Source of the DNA: Candidatus Eiseniibacteriota bacterium
GTDB taxonomy: Bacteria; Eisenbacteria; RBG-16-71-46
Direction: 5' to 3'
DNA: 64,000 bases
Assembly (NCBI GenBank): GCA_963776245.1
Contig: CAVZLN010000003.1
Coordinates: forward strand, 832,001-896,000
Each line of letters opens with the position of its first letter. The first letter of the stretch is position 1. The position numbers and the translations under genes were made by a program. The notes beneath the pieces were generated by a model. That model saw nothing but the letters and a program-made list of their open reading frames with translations. It was not told the DNA's origin and ran no database searches. This document shows positions 1 to 9,348 of the stretch, one piece after another.

Positions 1-785
1 CGGCGGTCGAGGCGCACGAGCTGCGCCTGCGCGTCACGCGCCACGCGGCGGGCTGGGTGCTGGCGGGAGTGCTGCCGCTGCCTTTGCTCGGGGCGTGGTA
101 CATCGCCGACCTCCCGCCGCTGGCGCGCGAGATCTCGATGGGCGGCGCGCCCGCGGTCACCCTGTTCGCCGCGGCCACGGTGGCGCTTTCGCTGCTGCTG
201 GCGGGCATCACGTGGTTCGGCCCCTACCGCCGGCCGCAGTGGTCGAACGCGGTGCTGGTCGCGGTCATCGCGATCCTCGGGCTCGGCGTCACCGGCGCCA
301 CCGAGTGGGTGCGCGAGGCGGTGCGCAAGCCGTACATCCTCTACGGTTACATGTACTCGAACGCCATCCGGGTCGAGGACGCCGCGCGCATCCGCGCGAG
401 GGGCGCGCTGGCCTCGGCCCGGTGGGCCAGCATCGACCGCGTGACGCCCGAGAACGCGCATCGCGCCGGGTATCAGCTGTTCCGGCTCGAGTGCCGCTCG
501 TGCCACACCGTGGATGGCTACAACGGGATCCGGGTGCTGGTGAAGGGCTGGAGCTACGAGTTCATCGATCAGCAGGTGGCCCACCTCAACGAGCTCAAGG
601 GCTTCATGCCGCCGTTCATCGGCACCCCGGCGGAGCGCAAGGCGCTGTCGCTCTGGCTCCACGACATCGGGCGCGAGAAGCCGTTCAGCGAACCGTGGAT
701 CGCCGGGGGCGGGATGGCGTCCGCGCACGACGTCGTGGCGCTCGCGCCCGGCGGCGGCGCCGCGCGCCCCGGGGCGCAGCGATGA
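1..785 (+). CDS. Cytochrome bd subunit I (CydA)-like membrane protein fused to a C-terminal c-type cytochrome (5' truncated by window)
   Basis: Frame open from position 3; TM helices; GATEWVREAVRKPYILYGY resembles the CydA C-terminal GW..TE.GRQPW motif; CxxCH (CRSCH) with distal Met in GFMPPF. Confidence 0.7.
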   Translation, partial: AVEAHELRLRVTRHAAGWVLAGVLPLPLLGAWYIADLPPLAREISMGGAPAVTLFAAATVALSLLLAGITWFGPYRRPQWSNAVLVAVIAILGLGVTGATEWVREAVRKPYILYGYMYSNAIRVEDAARIRARGALASARWASIDRVTPENAHRAGYQLFRLECRSCHTVDGYNGIRVLVKGWSYEFIDQQVAHLNELKGFMPPFIGTPAERKALSLWLHDIGREKPFSEPWIAGGGMASAHDVVALAPGGGAARPGAQR

Positions 786-1891
786 ACCCGGTGCTCCCGG
801 ATGCCGACCCCGCGGGCCTGCCGGCCCCGATGGCGCTGCTGCGCTTCCTGCTGCTGCTCACCTTCCTGCTCCACGTGATCCCCATGAACCTGGTGCTGGG
901 CGGCGGGATGGTGGCGGGCTGGGCGGCGCTGCGCGGGGAGGGCTTCGCGCGCGCCGGCCGCCAGCGTGAGGCCGAGGGTATGCGGGCGGTGGCGGGCGGG
1001 CTGGCCGCGCTGTTGCCGGCCGCGACCGCGTTCGCGGTCACCTTCGGCGTGGCGCCGCTGCTGTTCCTCCAGGTGCTCTACGGGCAGTTGTTCTACACCT
1101 CGTCGGTGCTGATGGCGTGGGGGTGGCTGGCCATCGTGCCGGCCGTCCTGCTCGGCTACTATGGCCACCACGCGCTCGCCGCGCGGGATGGCGCCCCGGG
1201 CCGCGCGACCGCGTGGCTGGGCTTCGGCAGCGCCGCGGCGTTCCTGTTCACCGCGTGGGTGTTCACCATGAACATGACGCTCATGCTGCGGCCCGAGCGC
1301 TTCCCGGGGATCCATGCCGCCAGCGATCTGGGGCTCTACCTCCACCTCGACGAACCGATGCTGTGGCCGCGCTTCCTGCATTTCGTGGTCGCCGCGTTCG
1401 CGGTCACCGGCCTGACGGTGGCGTACCTCGGCGCGGCGCGCCGGCGCGCCGACCCCGCGCTCGGCGGGGCGATGCGCGACTACGGCGTGCGGCTGTTCAC
1501 CGTGGCCACGCTGGTGGAGTTCGCGGTCGGCGCGTGGTTCCTCAGCTCGCTGCCGGCGCCGGTGCGCGCCACGTTCATGGGCGGGTGGCCGGGCCACACC
1601 TCGCTGCTCGCGGCGTCCGTGCTGATGGCGCTGGTCGCGCTGGTGGTGGTGCCGCGATCGCTGGCGGGCGGGTCGACACTGATGGTGCTCACGCTGGGTG
1701 GCATGACGGTGATCCGGCACCGGGTGCGCGCGCTGATGCTCGCGCCGCTGTTCGTTCCCGCCGCGCTGCCGGTGCGTCCGCAGTGGGCGATGTTCGCGAT
1801 CTTCGCCGCGTGCCTGGTCGCGGGGATCGCGGTGGTGGTGTGGATGATGATGCGGTTGGTGGCGGCGCGGCCGCGGGAGGACGGACGATGA
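782..1891 (+). CDS. Polytopic membrane protein, CydA-related partner subunit
   Basis: ATGA overlap with upstream stop; many TM segments; His in first TM (FLLHVIPMN), TFGVAPLLFLQVLYG, PRFLHF. Confidence 0.6.
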   Translation: MNPVLPDADPAGLPAPMALLRFLLLLTFLLHVIPMNLVLGGGMVAGWAALRGEGFARAGRQREAEGMRAVAGGLAALLPAATAFAVTFGVAPLLFLQVLYGQLFYTSSVLMAWGWLAIVPAVLLGYYGHHALAARDGAPGRATAWLGFGSAAAFLFTAWVFTMNMTLMLRPERFPGIHAASDLGLYLHLDEPMLWPRFLHFVVAAFAVTGLTVAYLGAARRRADPALGGAMRDYGVRLFTVATLVEFAVGAWFLSSLPAPVRATFMGGWPGHTSLLAASVLMALVALVVVPRSLAGGSTLMVLTLGGMTVIRHRVRALMLAPLFVPAALPVRPQWAMFAIFAACLVAGIAVVVWMMMRLVAARPREDGR

Positions 1892-3405
1892 ATCTCCAGG
1901 AATGGGCGCGCCGGCACGCCGCGGCGCCGCCGGGCGGCAACGCGGTGCGGGACCTGCTCGCGGGCCGCGACGACGCCACCATCGCGCGCGAGCGGGGCCT
2001 GCCGCGCGCGGCGGTCGCGGGGGTGCGGACGTTCTACGACCAGCTCGAGGACCTGCCGCGCGTGTGCGACGGCACCGCGTGCCGGTTCGCGGGCGCCGAC
2101 GCGATCCGCGAGCGGCTCGCCGGACGGGTGGCGAGCGGCGAGGTGCGCTGCCTCGGGCACTGCTACGACGGCCCCGCGGTCCGCGTGGGGGACACCGTGT
2201 TCTCGCGCGCGAGCCACGCCGCCTTCGAACGCTGGCTCGCCGATCCGCACGGCCCGGTGCCCGCGGCCGCGGGCACCACGCCCATCCCGCGCATGAGCCT
2301 GGCCGACCCGCCGGTGCTGCTGCGCGAGCTGCTGGGCGAGAGCGGCGTGGTCATCCGGCACGACTACGACCTGCCCGCGCCCGCGGCCATCCTCGACGCG
2401 GTGGAGTCCTACGCGCTGCGCGGGCGCGGCGGCGCCGCGTACCCGACGGCGGCCAAGTGGATCGCGGCGCGCGACACCGCGGCGCCCGACCGCATCGTGG
2501 TCGCCAACGGCGACGAGGGCGATCCCGGGTCGTTCGTGGACCGCCTGCTGCTGGAGGAGGCGCCGCACGCCATCCTCTCCGGCATGCTCGCCGCGGCCCG
2601 CGTCATCGGCGCGCGGCGCGGCATCGTGTACATCCGCGCCGAGTATCCGCGCGCCCAGGTCGTGATGCGCGAGGCGATCGCCGCCGCCCGCGCCGCCGGG
2701 CACCTGGGCGAGCCGTTCGACGTCGAGGTGGCCTCGGGCGCGGGCTCGTACGTGTGCGGCGAGGAGACCGCGCTGCTGAACTCGATCGAGGGCCTGCGCG
2801 GCGAGCCGCGCATCAAGCCGCCCTACCCGAGCACCGCGGGGCTGTGGGGCCTGCCCACCGTGGTGCAGAACGTCGAGACGCTGGCGATCGTGTCGTGGCT
2901 GGCGCGCAGCGGGCGCGGCGACGGCACCAAGCTGGTGAGCCTGGCCGGCGCGGTGGACTGGCCGGGGGTGGTCGAGGTGCCGCTCGGCACCCCGCTGCGG
3001 CGGGTGCTCATCGAGGGCGGCGGCGGCCCGCCGGCCGGCCGGCGCTGGCGCATGGCGATCATCGGCGGCCCGCTCGGCCGGGTGCTGCCGGAGCGCTTCT
3101 TCGACACGCCGCTGTCGTACGACACGCTTCCCGGCATGGGCCACGGTGGCATCGTGGTGCTCGACCAGAGCGTGACGCCGGGGGCACTCGCGCGCCACGT
3201 GATGCGCTTTGCGAGCGCCGAGTCGTGCGGGAACTGCGCGCCCTGCCGCATCGGCACCGCTCGCCTCGCGCACATGCGCGACCGCGACGGCCTCGAACGC
3301 CTGCTCGACACACTCGAGACCGGCAGCCTGTGCGGCTTCGGCGCCGGCGTGCCGCGGCCGCTGCGCGACCTGCTCGGGCACTTCGGAGACGAGGTGTTCG
3401 CATGA
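1888..3405 (+). CDS. NuoF/FdsB-like NADH-binding flavoprotein with N-terminal NuoE-like 2Fe-2S remnant
   Basis: LRGRGGAAYPT, NGDEGDPGSFVDR, GAGSYVCGEETALL, ESCGNCAPCRIG, SLCGFG; N-terminal VCDGTAC...CLGHC. Confidence 0.9.
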   Translation: MNLQEWARRHAAAPPGGNAVRDLLAGRDDATIARERGLPRAAVAGVRTFYDQLEDLPRVCDGTACRFAGADAIRERLAGRVASGEVRCLGHCYDGPAVRVGDTVFSRASHAAFERWLADPHGPVPAAAGTTPIPRMSLADPPVLLRELLGESGVVIRHDYDLPAPAAILDAVESYALRGRGGAAYPTAAKWIAARDTAAPDRIVVANGDEGDPGSFVDRLLLEEAPHAILSGMLAAARVIGARRGIVYIRAEYPRAQVVMREAIAAARAAGHLGEPFDVEVASGAGSYVCGEETALLNSIEGLRGEPRIKPPYPSTAGLWGLPTVVQNVETLAIVSWLARSGRGDGTKLVSLAGAVDWPGVVEVPLGTPLRRVLIEGGGGPPAGRRWRMAIIGGPLGRVLPERFFDTPLSYDTLPGMGHGGIVVLDQSVTPGALARHVMRFASAESCGNCAPCRIGTARLAHMRDRDGLERLLDTLETGSLCGFGAGVPRPLRDLLGHFGDEVFA

Positions 3406-5999
3406 TGCGCATCGACGGACGCGAGGTCGCGGCGCGCGGCTCGCTGCTCGAGGCCTGCCGCGCCGCGGGCGCTGCGGTGCCGGCGTTCTGCACCGACGAC
3501 CGCCTCTCCGTGGGCGGGCACTGCCGCTCGTGCATGGTGGAGATGGACGGCCGCCGGGTGGCCGCGTGCACCACGCCGGCGCGCGCGGGCGCCACCGTGC
3601 TCACCGACACGCCGGCCCTGCGCGCCTACCGCCGCGACCTCGGCGAGCTGATGGTCTCGGAGAGCACGCCGGGCGGCGCGGTGGGCGGCACGCTCTCGCT
3701 GTGGGGGGTGGACGGCGAGCGCTACGGCCGGGCCGCGCGCCGCAGCGAGCCCGACGCCTCGCACGCCTACCTGCGCCTCGACATGGACGCCTGCATCCTG
3801 TGCCGCCGCTGCGTGCGCGCGTGCGAGGAGATCCAGGGGCAGTTCGTGTACTCGGTGCTCCACCGCGGCGCGCGATCGCGCATCGGCTGGGGGACCGGTC
3901 ATTTTGCCGATTCGGACTGCGTGGCGTGCGGCGCGTGCGTGACCGCGTGCCCGACCGGCGCCATCACCGACGTGGACCGCCTGAAGGGCGTGGCGCCCGA
4001 CGAGACCGTGACGCGCACCACGTGCACCTACTGCGGCGTGGGCTGCCAGCTGGACGTGCACGCCACCGGCGAAGGCATCCTTCGCATCGACGGGGCCGCG
4101 TCCCCGGTCAACCACGGCCACCTGTGCGTGAAGGGCCGCTACGCCCACGGCTTCACCCGTCATCCGGAGCGCCTCACGCGGCCGCTCATCCGCCGCGACG
4201 GGCGTCTCGAGCCCGCGACCTGGGACGAGGCGCTGGCCCTGATCGCGCGCGAGTTCACGCGCCTCGCCGGCCGGGTGGCCGCGCTCTCGTCGTCGCGCTG
4301 CACCAACGAGGAGAACTACCTGGTCCAGAAGTGGTTCCGCGCCGGGCTCGGGACCCACGACGTGGACTGTTGCGCGCGCGTGTGCCACGCGCCCTCGGCC
4401 GCCGGCATGCGGGAGTCGTTCGGCACCGGCGCGGCGACCAACAGCCTCGACGACCTCGAGCGCGCCGACCTGCTGCTGGTGGTGGGCGCCAACGTCACCG
4501 AGGCGCACCCGGTCACCGGCGCGCGCATCAAGCAGGCGGCGCTGCGGGGCGCCCGGCTGATCGTCATCGACCCGCGGGTGACCGAGCTGGCGGCGATGGC
4601 CGACGTGCATCTGCAGTTGCGCCCGGGAACCAACGTGCCGCTGTTCAACAGCCTCGCCGCGGTGATCGTCGAGGAGGGGCTGACCCGGCGCGAGTTCGTG
4701 GACGCCCGCGCCGAGGGCTGGGTCGAGTACGACCGCCACATCCGCGGCGAGACCCCCGAGCGCTGGGAGTCCACCACCGGCGTGCCCGCCGCCGCGGTGC
4801 GCGCGGCGGCGCGGGCGTACGCCGGCGCAGCGCGCCCGATGATGGTGCACGGGCTGGGCGTGACCGAGCACCTGCAGGGCAGCGAGGCGGTGATGCTGCT
4901 GTGCAACCTCGCGCTGCTGGTGGGAGCGGTGGGCCGCCCGGGCACCGGTGTGAACCCGCTGCGCGGGCAGAACAACGTGCAGGGCGCGGCCGACATGGGC
5001 TGCCAGCCCGACCTGCTCCCCGGCTACGCCGCGCCCGGCGACCCCGAGACGCGCGCGCGCTTCGAGCGCGCGTGGGGGCGCCCGCTGCCGGGGCCGGCGG
5101 GGCGGCGGCTGTCCGCGATGTTCGACGCCGCGCGCGCGGGCGAGTTGAAGGCGATGTACATCCTCGGCGAGGACGTGGTGCAGACCGACCCCGACACCGG
5201 ACGCACCCGCGCGGCGCTCGCGGCGCTGGAGTTCCTGGTGGTCCAGGAGCTGTTCCTGTCGGAGACCGCGAAGCTCGCGCACGTGGTGCTGCCGGGCGCC
5301 TCCGCGCTCGAGAAGGACGGCACGTTCACCAACGGCGAACGCCGCGTCCAGCGCGTGCGCCGAGTGATCCCGCCGCCGGGCGAGGCACGCGCCGACTGGG
5401 AGATCCTGCTCGCGCTGATGGCCGCCACCGGTCTGCCGCAGACGTTCCGCGGCCCCGCCGACGTGATGGACGAGATCGCGCGGGTGGCGACCCCGTACGC
5501 GGGCGTGTCGTATCCGCGCCTTGAGGGCGATGGGCTCCAATGGCCGGTGCCCGACGCGGCCCACCCCGGCACGCCGATGCTCCACGGGGACGCGTTCCCG
5601 CGCGGCCGCGGAAGACTCGCGTCCGTGGAGTACGTGCCCTCGCCCGGGCTCGGCGGGGCGCTCACGCTGGTGACCGGGCGCGTGCTCGAGCACTACAACG
5701 CCGGCACCATGACGCGTCGCACCGCGAACGCGGACATCGTGGGCGCCGACCAACTCGAGATCCACCCCGAGGACGCGCGGGCGCGCGGACTGGCCGACGG
5801 CGATGGAGTCACCGTGACCAGCGCCACCGGCGTGGCGCACGCGGTCGCGCGCGTCACCGAACGCGTGGCGCCCGGAGTGGTGTTCCTCTCGTTCCACTTC
5901 CCCGCGACCGGGACCAACGAGGTGGTGGGCGAGGTGCGCGACCGGCTCACCGACTGCCCCGAGTACAAGGTGACGGCGGTCGAGGTGACGAAAGACTGA
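3402..5999 (+). CDS. fdhF: Formate dehydrogenase alpha subunit (Mo/W-bis-MGD, Cys-type)
   Basis: CILCRRCVRAC, CVACGACVTACP, TTCTYCGVGC, LCVKGR, CARVCHAPS, PLRGQNNVQG, EKDGTFTNGERRVQ, PEYKVTAV. Confidence 0.92.
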   Translation: MMRIDGREVAARGSLLEACRAAGAAVPAFCTDDRLSVGGHCRSCMVEMDGRRVAACTTPARAGATVLTDTPALRAYRRDLGELMVSESTPGGAVGGTLSLWGVDGERYGRAARRSEPDASHAYLRLDMDACILCRRCVRACEEIQGQFVYSVLHRGARSRIGWGTGHFADSDCVACGACVTACPTGAITDVDRLKGVAPDETVTRTTCTYCGVGCQLDVHATGEGILRIDGAASPVNHGHLCVKGRYAHGFTRHPERLTRPLIRRDGRLEPATWDEALALIAREFTRLAGRVAALSSSRCTNEENYLVQKWFRAGLGTHDVDCCARVCHAPSAAGMRESFGTGAATNSLDDLERADLLLVVGANVTEAHPVTGARIKQAALRGARLIVIDPRVTELAAMADVHLQLRPGTNVPLFNSLAAVIVEEGLTRREFVDARAEGWVEYDRHIRGETPERWESTTGVPAAAVRAAARAYAGAARPMMVHGLGVTEHLQGSEAVMLLCNLALLVGAVGRPGTGVNPLRGQNNVQGAADMGCQPDLLPGYAAPGDPETRARFERAWGRPLPGPAGRRLSAMFDAARAGELKAMYILGEDVVQTDPDTGRTRAALAALEFLVVQELFLSETAKLAHVVLPGASALEKDGTFTNGERRVQRVRRVIPPPGEARADWEILLALMAATGLPQTFRGPADVMDEIARVATPYAGVSYPRLEGDGLQWPVPDAAHPGTPMLHGDAFPRGRGRLASVEYVPSPGLGGALTLVTGRVLEHYNAGTMTRRTANADIVGADQLEIHPEDARARGLADGDGVTVTSATGVAHAVARVTERVAPGVVFLSFHFPATGTNEVVGEVRDRLTDCPEYKVTAVEVTKD

Positions 6000-6069
6000 G
6001 CCGGCCGGGGCGCGACCGTGACGCGGCCGGGGCTGCGGTGCACGCGGGCGCGTGCGCTATAGTCGGGCC

Positions 6070-7380
6070 ATGACGCCTTCGCCTCGCCTGCTGCTGGTGT
6101 TCGTCTGCGCGGCCGCGCTCGCCTTGACCGCCACGCCCGCCCGCTCCGCCGAGCCGACGGGCCCGGACACGCTCGCGCCCGAGCGTCCCTCGCTGCGGGT
6201 GCCCGCGACGGCGCCCGGCGACTCGATCGAGCAGGCGCCACCCGGGCCGCTGCTGGTCCCGAGCGCGCCGCCGCCGCCCGACACCACGGCGCAGGCGCGC
6301 GCCCGCCGCGCGCGCGAGTTCGTGGCGGCGGGGAAGGCCTTCGAGGCCGGCGCCCGGCCCGCCTCCGCGATCGCGGCGTACCGCAGCGCCGTGCTGCTCG
6401 ACGAGAGCGTGCCCGACGCCTACCACCGCATGGGCGTGCTGTTCGCGGCGGTGGGCGAGGATAAGCAGGCGATCGCGTGCCTGAGCGCCGAGCTCGGGAA
6501 CCATCCGAGCAACACCGCGGCCGGGCGCATGCTGGGCGTGGTGCTGGCACGCAACGGGGACACCACGCGCGCGATCCGCCAGCTCGAGCTGCTGGTGCGC
6601 CGCGACCCGAACGACTCCGCGAGCTGGGCCGCGCTCGGGTTCGCGTACACCGCGGCCTCGCGGCTGAAGGACGCCGAGACCGCGCTGCGGCGCGCCCTGC
6701 GCATCGATCCACGGTGTCCCGACGCCGAGCGCGATCTCGGCGCGCTGCTCGCCTCGCAGAAGCGCACGGACGAGGCGCGCGCCGCGTTCGCGCGGGCGGC
6801 CCGCGCCGCGCCGCGCGACCCCTCGGTGCCGTTCAACCTCGGCAATCTCGAACGCCGCCTCAAGCGTGCGGAACCGGCGCTCGAGGCCTACCGGCATGCC
6901 GAGGCGCTCGACTCGACGTTCGCGTTCGCGCTCCAGGGCCAGGCCCAGGTGCTGATCGAGACCGGGCGCGAGCGCGAAGCGGGCGAGGTCTACCGGCGCT
7001 GGCTGAGGGTGCGCCCGGACGACCACAACGCGCGCCTCGATGCCATCCGGCTCCACGAGCGCATCGGCCGCAGGGACGTGGCGCTCGAGCTGGCGCGCAA
7101 CGGTGTGCGCGGGGAGCCGCGCTCGAGCGACGCGCACCTGATGTACGGCATGGCGCTGAGCTCGGCCGGTCTCACGCGCGAGGCGCTGGTGGAGCTACGG
7201 CGCGCCGACGCCCTGGCGGCCGGCGCCGCCGAGCGCGGGCGCGCCGCAGCGCTCATCGCGGCGCTGCGCCGCGAGGCGCCCGATTCTCTGCGCGCGCTGT
7301 TCGACGCCGACAGCCTCGCGCACCCCCAGCCCGCGCCCACCCCGACGCCGGCCCGGCCTCGAGCGCCCGGCGGAAGGTGA
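6070..7380 (+). CDS. Exported tetratricopeptide-repeat protein
   Basis: Signal peptide followed by TPR-like repeats (AYHRMGVL, WAALGFAY, PFNLGNL, AHLMYGMAL). Confidence 0.8.
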   Translation: MTPSPRLLLVFVCAAALALTATPARSAEPTGPDTLAPERPSLRVPATAPGDSIEQAPPGPLLVPSAPPPPDTTAQARARRAREFVAAGKAFEAGARPASAIAAYRSAVLLDESVPDAYHRMGVLFAAVGEDKQAIACLSAELGNHPSNTAAGRMLGVVLARNGDTTRAIRQLELLVRRDPNDSASWAALGFAYTAASRLKDAETALRRALRIDPRCPDAERDLGALLASQKRTDEARAAFARAARAAPRDPSVPFNLGNLERRLKRAEPALEAYRHAEALDSTFAFALQGQAQVLIETGREREAGEVYRRWLRVRPDDHNARLDAIRLHERIGRRDVALELARNGVRGEPRSSDAHLMYGMALSSAGLTREALVELRRADALAAGAAERGRAAALIAALRREAPDSLRALFDADSLAHPQPAPTPTPARPRAPGGR

Positions 7381-7441
7381 CCGCTTGGCCCGACGCCGCG
7401 CCTCGGGTAGAGTCCCTCGTCCTTCACGCACCCGGCCGCCC

Positions 7442-8461
7442 ATGGAGGCTGAGACCCTGCCCCACACCCTGTACCTCGCCGCGCCGCGCGGATTCTGCGC
7501 CGGGGTGGACCGTGCCATCGACATCGTCGAGATGGCGCTGCAGGCGTACGGGCCGCCGATCTGGGTGCGCCACGACATCGTGCACAACCGCCACGTCGTG
7601 GACGCGCTGCGGGCCAAGGGCGCGGTGTTCACCGACGACCTCGCCGAGGTCCCGAGCGGCGCGGTGGTGATCTTCTCCGCGCACGGGGTCTCGCCGGCGG
7701 TGCGGCGCGAGGCCGAGGCGCGCGGGCTCCGGGCGCTCGACGCCACCTGCCCGCTGGTCACCAAGGTGCATCTCGAGGCGCTGCGCTACGCCAAGGAAGG
7801 CACCACCATCGTGCTGGTCGGGCACCGCAATCACGTCGAGGTGCAGGGCACGCTCGGCGAGGCGCCGGACTCCATCGTGGTGGTGGAGTCGGTGGCCGAG
7901 GCGGAGGCGCTGACGCTGCCGGACCCATCGAAGGCGGCCTACATCAGCCAGACCACGCTCTCGGTGGACGACGTGAAGGCGATCGTCGAGACGCTCAAGC
8001 GCCGCTTCCCGGAGATCCAGGAGCCGGCCAAGGCGGACATCTGCTACGCCACCCAGAACCGCCAGGACGCGGTGAAGGAACTTGCGGCGCGCTGCGCGGT
8101 GATCCTGGTGGTGGGAGCGCCGGCGAGCAGCAACGCGAACCGCCTGGTCGAGGTGGCGCGGCTGCGCGGGGCGAGCGCCTATCTCATCGAGTCGGCCGAG
8201 GACGTGCGCCCCGAATGGATCGCCGGGGACGTCGGCATCACCGCCGGCGCGTCCACTCCCGAGCACATCGTGCAGGAGTGCGTGGAGCGCGTGCGCGCGC
8301 TGGGCGAGTACCGGGTCGAGAGCTTCTCGCTGGTCGAGGAGCGCGTGATGTTCCCGCTGCCGGGCGAGTTGCTCGCGGTAGCGGCCTCCCGGGGGATCGC
8401 CGTGGGCGCCGGCAACGCGCGCGCCGCCGCCCGCGCCACCGGGCGCGACCCCGCGCGCTAG
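7442..8461 (+). CDS. ispH: 4-hydroxy-3-methylbut-2-enyl diphosphate reductase
   Basis: PRGFCAGVDRAI, IVHN, FSAHGV, DATCPLVTKVH, DICYATQNRQ, SSN, TAGASTP. Confidence 0.96.
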   Translation: MEAETLPHTLYLAAPRGFCAGVDRAIDIVEMALQAYGPPIWVRHDIVHNRHVVDALRAKGAVFTDDLAEVPSGAVVIFSAHGVSPAVRREAEARGLRALDATCPLVTKVHLEALRYAKEGTTIVLVGHRNHVEVQGTLGEAPDSIVVVESVAEAEALTLPDPSKAAYISQTTLSVDDVKAIVETLKRRFPEIQEPAKADICYATQNRQDAVKELAARCAVILVVGAPASSNANRLVEVARLRGASAYLIESAEDVRPEWIAGDVGITAGASTPEHIVQECVERVRALGEYRVESFSLVEERVMFPLPGELLAVAASRGIAVGAGNARAAARATGRDPAR

Positions 8462-8468
8462 CGCCGCC

Positions 8469-9338
8469 ATGCTCGTCCCCCGCGTCTTCCTGGTGCCGCA
8501 CCTGCCCACGCTGGTGCTCGACGAGCAGCGCCGCCCGGAGACCGAGATGGTGGCCGCGCTGCGCGCCGCGCGCGAGGCGTTCCAGTCCGACGGCTACGAG
8601 CACATCGTCGCGGTGTCGGCGCGCTGGATGTCGAACGGGCCCTTCCTGGTGGACGAGTCCGCCCACCTCTCGACCATCACCGACTACACCGGCCTCGGGG
8701 TGGAGGTGCGCTACCACGTCGCCGGCCATCCCACGCTGGCGCGCGCGCTGGTGGCGGCGGGCGAGGCGGCGGGCGTGCGCGTGGGACCGGCGCGGCGCGG
8801 CGCCGACAGCGGCGTGAGCGTGCCGCTGCACTTCCTGGCGCCCGAACGCCGCTCGCGCGTGGTGCCGCTTTCGCTGGCGCCGCTCGGCGCGGCCGCCCAC
8901 CGCGCGTGGGGGCACGCGCTGCGCGCCACGCTCGAGGCCCGCAAGGAGCGCATCGCGTTCGTGGTCGGCGGCCTGCTGTCCGCCAACCTGCACGCCTGGA
9001 ACCTCAAGCGCGAGGTCGCGGGCTCGCTCGCGTTCGACGCGTGGGCGCTCGACGCGCTGCGGCGCGGGGCGTGGGACTCGCTCGCGCGGCCCGAGCGCAA
9101 GTGGCTGCGGGAGGCGCAGCCCGAGGCGCGCATGCGCCACCTCGAGCTGCTGCGCGGCTTCCTCGGCGACGACGCGCGCGGCGACGTGCGCTGCTACGAG
9201 CCGGCGCCCGGGATGGGCTGCGCGCTGGTGGAGTTCGCGCTCGAGCCCACCCACGTCGTGCCGCGCGCGACCGCGGACGCGGCGGGCGCCGACGATGCGG
9301 CCGGCAAGGTCGCGGGCGACGATCCCGCGCGGGACTGA
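8469..9338 (+). CDS. LigB/DODA-type extradiol dioxygenase-fold protein, metal ligands degenerate
   Basis: Motif order VPHLP, VSARW, TITDY, RGADSG.SVPL, GGLLSANL matches the LigB fold, but His residues are substituted. Confidence 0.7.
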   Translation: MLVPRVFLVPHLPTLVLDEQRRPETEMVAALRAAREAFQSDGYEHIVAVSARWMSNGPFLVDESAHLSTITDYTGLGVEVRYHVAGHPTLARALVAAGEAAGVRVGPARRGADSGVSVPLHFLAPERRSRVVPLSLAPLGAAAHRAWGHALRATLEARKERIAFVVGGLLSANLHAWNLKREVAGSLAFDAWALDALRRGAWDSLARPERKWLREAQPEARMRHLELLRGFLGDDARGDVRCYEPAPGMGCALVEFALEPTHVVPRATADAAGADDAAGKVAGDDPARD

Positions 9339-9348
9339 CGGAGATCGC

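Noticed and set aside
4360..4400. Selenocysteine in FDH
   Set aside because: The active-site codon is TGC (Cys); no in-frame TGA
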